Virus record (IMG/VR): IMGVR_UViG_3300037041_002705
Coordinates: 69,674 to 133,673 of that record
Length of the DNA: 64,000 nt
Reading direction: 5' to 3' (one strand)
Source: a virus
Under the pieces are notes generated by a model. The model was not told where the DNA came from and did no database searches. It saw only the letters and a list, made by a program, of their open reading frames with translations. The translations under genes were made by a program, and so were the position numbers. This document shows, piece by piece, positions 36,300 through 47,100 of the stretch (positions are counted from its first letter, which is position 1; the number at the start of each line of letters is the position of its first letter).

Positions 36300-38530
36300 C
36301 ATGCAAGGATCCGTTTGGGTACAACCCAGGCCTTGAGGATGGAAATGCCTCTGGGCCTTCTCCTGTTTCAAACTCAAATGCAACAATTTGGTATTCAAAC
36401 CTTGGCGATATAGTAAGCATATCAAAGACGATAACAATAGATTCAGTCTTTGCATCATTTACATTGAACCAACAGGGTGGAAACTATTCCGTCAGTGGAT
36501 ACCTTTATGAGATATGGCTAGATGGGTTTGTTAACAATGGAGGAGATGGAAACATTCTAAATGGCAGCCATTGGCTGTTCCTTGTTAACAGTCTGACCCT
36601 TGACTGCTATGATCTTGTGGTTGTTGACACCCAAGACGTTGATGATCCAACAGAAGGAAACATCACAAAGGTGCTTGTTGCTGACCCAACATACTCAGAG
36701 GTTCTTTCAAAGTATGTTGATGCAATACAGCAGGGATATCAGGTATACACAATATCAACAACTCCTTTGACAGAGTATGCAAATAGAGGAGTTTTCAGGC
36801 TTGACAATGACATAAGCAGGAAGGTAAACTTCAATGCAAAGGATCTTTCTCTCATAATAGATGAACCACTTTTGTCATACACAAGCGCTGGAAGCCTCTG
36901 GATAGATTCTCCAGAGAGCGTGTTGTCGTATCCTCAACTCACGCAAGGAAACAGCCTTAGGCTGCAGAAAAGGGACAACAGGGATTCAGGTTTTGAGGTC
37001 GTGATAAATGGCACGCCAACATACAGAGGACAAATAAACGATGTCACGCCAGGGGATCTGTTCTACTCAATATTCTTTGTCAGCTCATCCGTTGGGTTTA
37101 CCGTCGGATCAGACAATGAGGGATCTCCTGTCATACTAAAAACTTCAGATTCAGGCACCACATGGGACATCGTGACGCCTGATGAAATGAACACAACTCC
37201 AAGGGCAGTTGCATTCATAACGACGCCAAACTCACAATCCATGTACACAGGGTTTACTGTCGGAAACTCTGGTGCCATATTCAAGACCGTAGACACAGGA
37301 GACACATGGGAAGAAGTGACATCAAATTCTACAGAGAACCTGTATGGCATATCAATCTACGATGAGGATAACATTTGGGTTGTTGGATCAAACGGTGAGG
37401 TTCTTTATGGCACATCAGAAGGTGATACGTGGGCTGTTCAGTCAAGCGGTATCTCAGAGAATCTAAACTCAGTGTCATTCATTGATGATAATACAGGATG
37501 GGCCGTTGGAAACTCAGGAACAGTGATTGAGACAGAAGACGGTGGAACAACATGGACGGATAAGACTTCAGTTTCAGGCACAACAGAGGATCTCTATGGC
37601 GTGTTCTTCACCAGTGCAACAAGAGGATATGCGTGCGGAAACGCAGGTACCATAATAAGGACAAACACGGATGGAGATTCTTGGACCACAAGAAACTCAG
37701 GAACCACAAACGCTTTGAGATCTGTCTATTTCATAGGAAGCACCGGAATATGCGTAGGCACAAATGGAACGCTAACAAAGACAACAGATGGTGGTATAAC
37801 ATGGAATGCATCTGGAATAAGTGGCTACGGAAGCCTATACTCTGTTCAGATGCTAAGCACAACAAACATTTGGTCGTCAGGAGATGATACCTACATAAAG
37901 AAGTCAACAAACGGCGGATCTTCATGGACATCATCTATACCACCAAATACCCCATTGAACCTAACAAAGGTCAAGGCAGGAAACAAGATAAGCATGAGCC
38001 TTGTTCCTCCTTATCAGTTCAGCTACAAGAAGGGTGATGTTGTGTACGTTTCAAAGCAACTGATAGATGTTAAGTCAGGAAGCTATGGGATTGAATATGT
38101 TAAGGCGATAGTTCTTTCATTTAGTAACGGCATTCTTGACCTGATGGTTTCGTTCAAACCAAACGGAGCATCAGCATCTGGGTCAAAATGGTACATTATT
38201 TCTGAGGTGGATCAAATAAATATACCGATATCTTCAAACTACTACTTCTCACTTTTGAGCCCTTCTGAGATCTTGGAATATAATCTCCTGAACTGCATAT
38301 TTTCTGTGCGTCTTCAGATAGTGGATAACAAGAGATTCAATAGGTACGTATTCAGATACAAGCCGGACAATTCTTCGGCTTGGAAGTATGTTGAAACGAC
38401 GGAAAGTAACACCATAATTGATAACGTACTTCCAAATACGATCTTCAGTGAGGAGATAATGGGGTTCAATGATTCTACAGGAGACTACTGTGGATTCTCT
38501 GAATCTGGCACTTTTAACACGTTTTTCTGA
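36284..38530 (+). CDS. Structural protein with YCF48/BNR-repeat beta-propeller
   Basis: About seven repeats of L.SV.F....GW.VG..G.I.KT.DGG.TW; C-terminal FN3-like segment. Confidence 0.8.
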   Translation: MSSQLTCKDPFGYNPGLEDGNASGPSPVSNSNATIWYSNLGDIVSISKTITIDSVFASFTLNQQGGNYSVSGYLYEIWLDGFVNNGGDGNILNGSHWLFLVNSLTLDCYDLVVVDTQDVDDPTEGNITKVLVADPTYSEVLSKYVDAIQQGYQVYTISTTPLTEYANRGVFRLDNDISRKVNFNAKDLSLIIDEPLLSYTSAGSLWIDSPESVLSYPQLTQGNSLRLQKRDNRDSGFEVVINGTPTYRGQINDVTPGDLFYSIFFVSSSVGFTVGSDNEGSPVILKTSDSGTTWDIVTPDEMNTTPRAVAFITTPNSQSMYTGFTVGNSGAIFKTVDTGDTWEEVTSNSTENLYGISIYDEDNIWVVGSNGEVLYGTSEGDTWAVQSSGISENLNSVSFIDDNTGWAVGNSGTVIETEDGGTTWTDKTSVSGTTEDLYGVFFTSATRGYACGNAGTIIRTNTDGDSWTTRNSGTTNALRSVYFIGSTGICVGTNGTLTKTTDGGITWNASGISGYGSLYSVQMLSTTNIWSSGDDTYIKKSTNGGSSWTSSIPPNTPLNLTKVKAGNKISMSLVPPYQFSYKKGDVVYVSKQLIDVKSGSYGIEYVKAIVLSFSNGILDLMVSFKPNGASASGSKWYIISEVDQINIPISSNYYFSLLSPSEILEYNLLNCIFSVRLQIVDNKRFNRYVFRYKPDNSSAWKYVETTESNTIIDNVLPNTIFSEEIMGFNDSTGDYCGFSESGTFNTFF

Positions 38531-38532
38531 CA

Positions 38533-38541
38533 AATATATAA
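38533..38541 (+). promoter_or_regulatory. Putative late promoter AATATATAA
   Basis: Intergenic RATATATA motif 9 nt before ATG 38551. Confidence 0.6.
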
Positions 38542-38550
38542 AACATAACC

Positions 38551-40692
38551 ATGGCAGTAGCACCATTCATACGACCGATAAGAGTACAGGGAGGAACGTT
38601 TTATACGTTCCCTTCTTGCGTTGAGGACCTGAGCTTTACGTTTACGAACCCAAGCTATAACATCTCGTTCTCAAAGTTTGCTCTTCTCAACATACCGGAC
38701 ATTGCCGTCCCGAACGACAATGAGAACTACATACAGCTTAGATCGGTTCCTGGTGCATTCTCAAAGGTTTATGACACATCAAACGATCCAAACATTGCAT
38801 TTGCTGAATCATTTCAGAATTATGCATTGAACCTGGAGACATTGATTGTCAGCGACCCAAACTACGATTCAACAAAGCTGCCAACGGTATCAGAGAGGGT
38901 CTTCTTCAAATGGTTGAAGGAGGTTGGGGCATTGAGGTTCAGAGAAGCAAACTCGACAGAGACTGCAACAAACAACACAAATGTAGGACAGAGGTTTGTT
39001 GAAGAGGATGAGACATCGATCTATTCAAGGGTGATAAAATATGTTGGCGACATTGACATAACAAACACGTCAAAGTTCCAAGGAAACACACAGGCAGAGA
39101 TCTACATCCACATACCAACAGAAACAGGAAGTTCTCCGTATGTTCTTCTCAAGAGCGAGACAAAGGACCTTAACTACGCTGCAAATGCAGTGTTTCAGTA
39201 CCAAGCAACGGATCCTGTAGATTCTGTCTACATATCTGGAAGAACATCAACCGACACACAGCCTGCAGGGTTGGACTTCAGAGCATACTATGATTCTGAA
39301 GGTGCGTATTCTGAGCCAACGTATCAGCTCGCAAAGATGGACTCTGGTGGCAACTACGTCAATGATGAATGGTGGTGGTCGTTCCCAAGCGACAACTCGT
39401 ACTTCCTTGAGCCAACAAGGCTCAATGATCCAAGGAATGATGATCTCAGGATAACAGGAATTGGTGCTGAAGCAGGAGAAGACATATACTTTAGAAGGAA
39501 CAGGCTGGATGGAATTGGAATCGATTTCTCCCTTCCTAGCTATCAACAGGCAGTTCAAGAGAATGCAATAAACGCATGGCAGCAGTTCAATGTGACAACA
39601 GGAAGCGTCACGTTTGATTTCAATGCTGTTCTCGTTTATTATGACATTGTCTCGCAATCAAACCCTGATGACAGGGCAACGAACCTGTATGGCGTTCTCT
39701 TCCTAGATGATGTGCAGCAGTCAACAGGCGGCGCATTCATTCCTAGGTACACAAAGTACAAGCCAAACAAGAACACCAACATCAATGGCAACTCTTATGG
39801 CTTCAGGATAAACCTAAGGCTCGATACGAACGTTGAGGACACATCCGTCCAGGCAAGCATCAATGACTACAACACGTTCTCGATGCAGCTGTTCAGTGAT
39901 GCACTCACAGAGCTAAGAAACGCAAGCGATCTTCTTCTCACACAGATAGCTGATATATCAAACCTACAGACCCAGATAGATGATCTACAGGATCTGATGC
40001 TAACACAGTCTTCTGTTGATACACTTGATGCAAGGGTCACTACGCTTGAGAATGAGTTCCTAACATCACAGGCATACTTTGCAAACTCAAAGTCTCTGGT
40101 TGAACTCATAAACAGGAACTACCAAGAGATACTCAACATATACAACAACAAGTCGAGTGTTGAGATCCAGTACAACACAGATGTTCTGAAAGCAGGACCT
40201 GGCATATCGATCCTCAAGCAGGGTGGAAACGTCTTCATAAACAACACAAGAGAAGGGTACAACTTCGATGCATCAAAGCCTTTCATAGACCTTGAGCAGT
40301 ACAGCCAGACGCCTACCTCTTACAACTATACAGCAAGTCTAACAACCGGAACAAACTATCTTCTGTTCAAGACCTTGAATGGCTCTGTGTTTGATCCAAA
40401 CCTCGATCTTGTGCTTCTCATAGATGATTCACAGAACGACTTTGAGACAGGCCAGGTCATAAAGGTCTGCTTCTCAACGCCTGTCAATCTTTTGAAGACA
40501 TCGACGTTGTTTGACAGGAAGTTCACTATACTTACCGATGCAGCAAACAGATCAGGCGCATCGTCTCCATACAGCGTTGTTGTTGGTTCATTCAATGCAA
40601 ACAGCTTTGCGCTTTCAGGAAACACGCCATACTTTGAGATAGTTTGTTTGGACAAGAACACATTCACTTTCAACACAGAAAAAATTAGATAA
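38551..40692 (+). CDS. Virion structural protein (baseplate/fibre-associated) with a coiled-coil segment
   Basis: 713-aa ORF in the structural module, preceded by the promoter motif; heptad region IADISNLQTQIDDLQ. Confidence 0.65.
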   Translation: MAVAPFIRPIRVQGGTFYTFPSCVEDLSFTFTNPSYNISFSKFALLNIPDIAVPNDNENYIQLRSVPGAFSKVYDTSNDPNIAFAESFQNYALNLETLIVSDPNYDSTKLPTVSERVFFKWLKEVGALRFREANSTETATNNTNVGQRFVEEDETSIYSRVIKYVGDIDITNTSKFQGNTQAEIYIHIPTETGSSPYVLLKSETKDLNYAANAVFQYQATDPVDSVYISGRTSTDTQPAGLDFRAYYDSEGAYSEPTYQLAKMDSGGNYVNDEWWWSFPSDNSYFLEPTRLNDPRNDDLRITGIGAEAGEDIYFRRNRLDGIGIDFSLPSYQQAVQENAINAWQQFNVTTGSVTFDFNAVLVYYDIVSQSNPDDRATNLYGVLFLDDVQQSTGGAFIPRYTKYKPNKNTNINGNSYGFRINLRLDTNVEDTSVQASINDYNTFSMQLFSDALTELRNASDLLLTQIADISNLQTQIDDLQDLMLTQSSVDTLDARVTTLENEFLTSQAYFANSKSLVELINRNYQEILNIYNNKSSVEIQYNTDVLKAGPGISILKQGGNVFINNTREGYNFDASKPFIDLEQYSQTPTSYNYTASLTTGTNYLLFKTLNGSVFDPNLDLVLLIDDSQNDFETGQVIKVCFSTPVNLLKTSTLFDRKFTILTDAANRSGASSPYSVVVGSFNANSFALSGNTPYFEIVCLDKNTFTFNTEKIR

Positions 40693-40693
40693 C

Positions 40694-43600
40694 ATGTCTG
40701 CAGTATTCAATAGTTCAAACAGTTTCATAGCAGAACTCACAAGGATCAACAAGAATGCAATAGAGATATTGAACACTCTTGCTCTTACTGCAAGCACGTC
40801 AAGCGAGTCTGTTGCGGTCCAGCTTACGCTGGAAAACAGCCAAGTCTCAACGCTGACGATTCCTTCTCTTGGCTACATAAACAATGAGCTCAAGAGGCTG
40901 AACAACAACATAAATCAGCTTGCAGGAATTGGACAAACAGATGTGTTGGTGCGACAGGAAGACGGCAGCTACCAGAAGGTCATAGCAGTGAACCTCAACC
41001 CTGCTCCAAGAAGGATAGATTCTCTGACTGTTCCTGTTGACTTTGTTCCAAAGGACAACTACTTCTTCAATAATCTTGTGTCTCCGCAGATGGTCGTCAG
41101 GTTTGATCTGACCGGAAAGATAGACACATCCGTCAAGAAGGTCGTTGTCAGGAGGCTCATTCTTGATATAGACTCAGTTGATAAGCAGACAATATTCAAT
41201 AACACATTCAAGAACAAGAGCAATCTTTCGTTTGATGATACGATCATCTTCCTGACAGACAGCATAATAAACTTCAACATCGATGATGAGACGATAGACC
41301 TTCCTCTTTCAACTCCTAGGTACTACGGAAACTTTACAGTAACGCAGATCCTTGAGCAAGTTGATGGACAGACTGGTGTTAGAAGGTATACATTTGCATC
41401 CCTCAGCTACACAGACAGCACGTCAAGGGTAAAGTCAAACCAGACACTAAAGCCAGGAGACGTGTTGGTTAAGGGTGCATCGACCTTTGCAGTACAGGAG
41501 ATCGACCAGACAACAAACACGGTCACGCTCAAGAGACTTCAGGGAGAGGATGTCATAGCAATAGGAGTCGATGAGCTTGCAATACAGAGTGAGCTTTACA
41601 GCCCACAGATTGCATCTGTTCCGGTGACGGTCGATGAGTATCAGATCATATTTGTAAAGCCTGTGTTTGACAACATATTATCTTCAGAATGGTCACCTGG
41701 CGTTGGCTTCTACAGCAGCGATCTTTTCTACCAGACTCCTGCAGGAAACGTTGGCATAACAGAGTTCTACAACACAAGGGTCGTTGACCTGAGTGAGGAT
41801 CTTCTTGCCCAGGCAAGAGAGAAGAGGATAAGCATACTCACAGGAACAAAGCCATCTCCGCCACAGATTCAGGTACAAAACTTTGTTGTGCAGAGGCTCA
41901 ATGATCAGCTTGAGGGAATAAAGTCTGAGCAGGAGATCAACCAGATCTACAACCAGATACAGATAAACGATCGTACCATATCAAGCCTTACAACAGAAAT
42001 AAACAAGATAAACTCAATACTGTCTTCCAATGCCAACCTATCCAATTCACAGGTGCAGTCATATGAGTCATCAAAGAAGAACCTACAGACGCAGGTTGAT
42101 TCTCTGAACGAACAGAACTCTGGTCTGTTGACAAAGGCGCAGAACTTCTTGAACCAGAATCCAAACCTTTCAACATCAAAGGCAAAGTATTCTGTGTTTG
42201 GCTTCTGGCAGATACCTGCTGCAGTGATATCTGCAAATGGCAAGAAGGAAGAGGTCGTTGCGTTCAGGGTGAGGTACCGCTACCTTCCAGTGAATGATTC
42301 GGTTGCATCAGCAAGAGAGATACCGTTCACAACAGACGGTGGAACAAGCACATCAGCATACTTCTCAAGGTATGAAGAGTTTGTAACAAAGCCAAGAACA
42401 AAGACTGTTCTTGCAGACGGAAATGTTGTTTGGACTCAGAGCGACATACAGAATCCAAACGAAGTAAACACACAGCAGCTAAACCTCTCAATAACGCAGG
42501 GCGAGAGGCTTGAGATACAGGTAGCAAGCATATCTGAGGCTGGATGGCCAGCAAATCCTCTTGAGAGCGATTTTTCATCAGGCATCATCGTTGACTTCCC
42601 AGATTCGTTGGTCAGCCCTGATCTGGAGAACCTTGTTAACTCAATACAGACGCGCCTTGCCCAACAGGGAATACAGGATACAATAACAAACATTGGAGTC
42701 ACACAGCACCTTCAACAGGTACAGCAGGTAGGAAGTTCATACCTTGCGCACTCTGGTGATTCGATCTACTACTCTCTTAGTGGATCGTCGCTTGTGACAA
42801 TAAACCAAAAGATCAAGGAGCTTGAGGATAAGATAACTGCACTTCAGACAAAGATCGAAAGCGCAAAGGGAACGCTGCGAGTTCGCATCAAGGATCCTTT
42901 TGGAAACATCACAAATGTATCAAACGGAAGCGTGATAAAGGTGAACTCTGGATTCTACACAGAGGACATAAAGGCGGTGCCATCATCAGAGAGGATAGGC
43001 GCAATAATAACAAAGAGGTACGATGTCATAATAGACAACACATCGGCAACGCCTCTGCAGCTCATATCACAGTTCCCAGGGCTTTTGACGGACCTTCTTC
43101 CTTCTGCTCCTGGAACAACATTCAAGGGAATACAAGTTCCTTCTGACTACGCACAGAAGCAGTACAACATAGTTCCAATAGGACTTGCAACTGCGCCTTC
43201 AAGAGGAAAGGCAAACTTCTATAGCACTGATAATATTGCAATGCAACCTGTTCCTTTCCAATCAAGGCAACAAGCAAGCCAGTTCCTGTATGTGCGAAAT
43301 GTTTCAATAAATGGATCCAACAGGTACTTCACAGAGGCAACAGCAAATCCATCTACTCCTGTGAATTCAGGAGCAGCAAATGCAAAGATATGGAACCAAA
43401 CATTTGACACGAAGAACACATCAACGATAAATGGAATCACATATCTCAAGCCATTAGGCGGTGGCGGCCTGAGCTCATTCTGTGTGAGCGTCGACCACCC
43501 AGCTGTAAAGTTTGTGAAGGTTGGAACTGCAGCAACCGAACCTAGTCTGACGAACCTTCCTACTCTGTCAAACTACTTCAATTCAAAGGACCTAAACAAT

Positions 43601-44134
43601 GCAAATGTGAGCAACCTTGCATCGAATGCACCTTTCAGATATCCGCAGTTCTACCACGCATCAACTGTATCAGGAGCACCATCAAAGGATGCACCTGCAC
43701 AACAGGCAAGGTACTTCCAGTTCTCAAACACTGGAGACTGGCCATACCCAATGAAGCAGGCGTTCTACCAGAACGATAGGTACCTCATAGGAACCGGAAC
43801 GGTTGGCTCTTATCTCTTCGTGGAATCTCCTAGCATGGAGACAATAAAGGTGAAGGGAACTGGACTTGACTCATTCTCTGAGCTTGATTTTGGTTCAGAG
43901 AACCAGATAATCGTCCCTGTGATATACCAATACAGGATGGTTGACTACATAGAAAACGTTGGCGGAGCACCAAACTCATTGATAACAAACATCACATACA
44001 CAAGAGGCCTTGGTCTTGACATATCGATAAAGGGCGAGCCTACGTTCTCTTTTGACTTCATTGCAACTGCATCGTACACCGCAGAGACGGTTACACAGTA
44101 TACAACAACAACCTTAACATCTTCATCTTCTTAA
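40694..44134 (+). CDS. Large virion structural protein with coiled coils and FN3-like region
   Basis: 1146-aa ORF; FRVRYRY...LEIQVASISEAGWP; co-transcribed with structural genes. Confidence 0.65.
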   Translation: MSAVFNSSNSFIAELTRINKNAIEILNTLALTASTSSESVAVQLTLENSQVSTLTIPSLGYINNELKRLNNNINQLAGIGQTDVLVRQEDGSYQKVIAVNLNPAPRRIDSLTVPVDFVPKDNYFFNNLVSPQMVVRFDLTGKIDTSVKKVVVRRLILDIDSVDKQTIFNNTFKNKSNLSFDDTIIFLTDSIINFNIDDETIDLPLSTPRYYGNFTVTQILEQVDGQTGVRRYTFASLSYTDSTSRVKSNQTLKPGDVLVKGASTFAVQEIDQTTNTVTLKRLQGEDVIAIGVDELAIQSELYSPQIASVPVTVDEYQIIFVKPVFDNILSSEWSPGVGFYSSDLFYQTPAGNVGITEFYNTRVVDLSEDLLAQAREKRISILTGTKPSPPQIQVQNFVVQRLNDQLEGIKSEQEINQIYNQIQINDRTISSLTTEINKINSILSSNANLSNSQVQSYESSKKNLQTQVDSLNEQNSGLLTKAQNFLNQNPNLSTSKAKYSVFGFWQIPAAVISANGKKEEVVAFRVRYRYLPVNDSVASAREIPFTTDGGTSTSAYFSRYEEFVTKPRTKTVLADGNVVWTQSDIQNPNEVNTQQLNLSITQGERLEIQVASISEAGWPANPLESDFSSGIIVDFPDSLVSPDLENLVNSIQTRLAQQGIQDTITNIGVTQHLQQVQQVGSSYLAHSGDSIYYSLSGSSLVTINQKIKELEDKITALQTKIESAKGTLRVRIKDPFGNITNVSNGSVIKVNSGFYTEDIKAVPSSERIGAIITKRYDVIIDNTSATPLQLISQFPGLLTDLLPSAPGTTFKGIQVPSDYAQKQYNIVPIGLATAPSRGKANFYSTDNIAMQPVPFQSRQQASQFLYVRNVSINGSNRYFTEATANPSTPVNSGAANAKIWNQTFDTKNTSTINGITYLKPLGGGGLSSFCVSVDHPAVKFVKVGTAATEPSLTNLPTLSNYFNSKDLNNANVSNLASNAPFRYPQFYHASTVSGAPSKDAPAQQARYFQFSNTGDWPYPMKQAFYQNDRYLIGTGTVGSYLFVESPSMETIKVKGTGLDSFSELDFGSENQIIVPVIYQYRMVDYIENVGGAPNSLITNITYTRGLGLDISIKGEPTFSFDFIATASYTAETVTQYTTTTLTSSSS

Positions 44135-44135
44135 A

Positions 44136-47100
44136 ATGAAAGTATACACCAACAAATTCAGTGACAGCTTCTATCTTCCGGTAACAAACAATTCATGCAG
44201 GGATGAGCTCGGATACCAGGCCACTGTCAATGACACATATGGCCTTTTGTCCATAGAGAATACTGTTGGTCCAGGTCCAAAGAGGGACGTATACATAACA
44301 GTCCCAAAAGTGCCAAGCAACTTAATTGCACAGGGCACGCTGTATGCAAAGAAGAGGGATTCAGGAGAGTACTATCTAGAGATAGAAGTACAGAATTCAA
44401 TATTCAAGGTGTATGAGAACGGCAAGAGGTTCTACCTGTTCTACAGCGACGGTTCATACTCAGAGATATATGTGGACTTTATAGGATACGATGGAGAGTT
44501 TCCTGACTTTTTGATAGATCAAAAATCACTAAAGAAGCTGCTAGGAAGTTCATCGCTTCCAACCACATCAACGCCCGTTCTCTTGAACAGCCCATACTCG
44601 ATATCAACCGAGTTTGAAACAAGGAACTTTCTTAAGATCAAAACCCTGACGACAGTTAAAGGTCAGCAGTCTGCATCTGTTACACTCAGAGGGCTACAGA
44701 CGAATGGCCAGGTATTTGTTTATGATTTCATCATAGACCCAGTTGATCCTCCTGTTCATGCAACAGATCAGCCACCACTTGGGATAAAGAGCACGGAAAC
44801 ATCACAGCTTGCAAGATCCTTCATACCTGTTTCATCTGTTGTGACGCTCCAGGTAAATTCGGCAGGTGAGCTTTACATGGACAAGCTCTATTCAGGAAGC
44901 ACAGCAGCTCAGGCTGGATACAGGAGAAGGTGCACAAACCTTGGGTTTGAGAAGGACCTTTCACGGTTCTGTTCATCGATCCCAAAGCCTTCTCTGTACT
45001 CATTCAATGAGGAGGATTTCAAAAGCTCAACACCTAACCTGTCTGACCAGTATTTCACAGATGTCAATGCAGGAGTATCCATAAACATTGAGACGGATGA
45101 GGGCTTCAGGTTCTTTGCTCCTCTATGGCTGAAGGATCGTGTTCCTTCATACTTTGCTATATTCCGAAGGAGCGCAACGAACAACAGCGAGGATCTTCTT
45201 GACGGTGCCAGCCTTGTAAAGCTAATTGATATACAGAAGACAGAGCTTGGACCTTATCTTAACAATCTCATGAAGAACGAAAACTTCATGAAGGCTCCGC
45301 TTGATGTTGCAATAGATCAGTCATATTCACTTAAGTGGAATGGCGTTTCTGTTGACAGTGGATACTGGATAACGCACACAGAATTCATAGGAATAGACAT
45401 ACAGGACGGTCTTTCTGATTTTGAGTTCAATGAGATACTCTCAGGCGGGTTCTCTAGAGGCTCTATAGTAAACCCGCAGTTTCTAAACATTGAGTTTCTC
45501 TTTGATGACAACGGGGCAAAGCTCTATGATGTCAATCAGTACTTTGGAATGTACTGTGATGATGTTGAGCTCAGCAGGTTCATACCAAACGTAGATTCAA
45601 CATCAACACTGTTCAGGCAGAATGAGACCAGGGTTTCATCAAACACAGATTTCAACTCCTCTGTCATAAGCAACACAGAAGGAGTAAAGCTTGTTGTTGA
45701 CCTGAATGCAACTCCAGATAGAAGCTTCAATGTTTCTGATCCATCAACGATGTTGGTGAATTCCATAAAGGTCTCATCCAGGTACAATGTATCAATCTCT
45801 GCAACAACACAATCTTCAAGGGCGCTAAGGATAACGTTCACGTCAGACTCTGACATAACGACAAAGTTTGTCCAGGGCAGCATCGTGAGGCTTGAGGATG
45901 AAAACAAAAACTTTGTTGCATATGTGACAGTTGACTCATCATCCTATTCTTCTTTGGAAAAGAAGATGACGGTCAATTTTGTGGAAAATGACACATACTC
46001 AAAACTGGGACTAAACTATTGGATAAACGTCTTTGACTTTTCTCCTGATCCATCGCCATCAATACATGGTAGAATGAGGTTTGACTGCCAGGACGTTTCG
46101 AAGTCCAGATGCATCATAATCTCAAATGAGGATCTTCTAGGAAATCCTATAGAACAGTGGATCAGCTCCGTTGTTGATGTTGAATCAAAGTTCAGGGATT
46201 CCCTGGTTCTGTTTGATAAGTCATCTTCAGCATATGCCATACTCTTGGCAAGCAGCATCTCGACCGAACAAGACTACATAAAGGTCTTCTTTGATGTGTT
46301 AGAGGCAAAGGATCCATTTGTTGAGGGCGACGATGTGTTCATCAACATATCTGAGTATGATATTGATGGTGCAATACCAGGGCCTGCTGTGATAAACTCA
46401 AGCACAAGAAAGTTCCTCCTAAAGACAAAGAGCGATGCATACTCTGTAAAGTCATTTGACTTCTCAAACTATAAGAACTCTGTCGTTGGCATAGTTTCAC
46501 TGGATTCAACGACGTTTAACCTTGGCTCAATAGTTGGAACAACATCATCGACCAACATACCGGTCGAAATTGTAGATGTTCCTTACACAGGAATAGGAAT
46601 AAAGTTTCCATCAACTATCTCTGAATCTGTTTCATATGGCGACAGGATAACTGTGGAACAGAAGATAGGCTCATCGAAGAGAAGATGGTCGGTCATACGG
46701 TCTTCTGCGGATGGACCTCAGGTATCAAAGATTCCTGGTGCAGTCACTGAGATTTCAATCGTCCAAGAAACGTTTGTTTCAAATGATTCATACACTGGCT
46801 TTGAGATAGAGCCAGGCACATATTTCCCAGTTAGGTTTGACTCCTTTGAACTGGTCAACAGCACATCTGGACAGTCAAACATCACATTGGAATTCGTGTC
46901 CGCAGAGGAACAGGACAATGGAAATTACCTGCTTACGTTTGCAAACAAGAACGTTGGAACAGACTATGAAGCGCTGAAGGTAACAATCCCTGACACGGAC
47001 TTCACATACTTTAACTACACTCCAACAGATTCTCTAGAAACAGTTGTTGCTGTTGCATTCCAAAGGTTCATTGATTGTCCATTCAGGTCTGCAACAGGAA

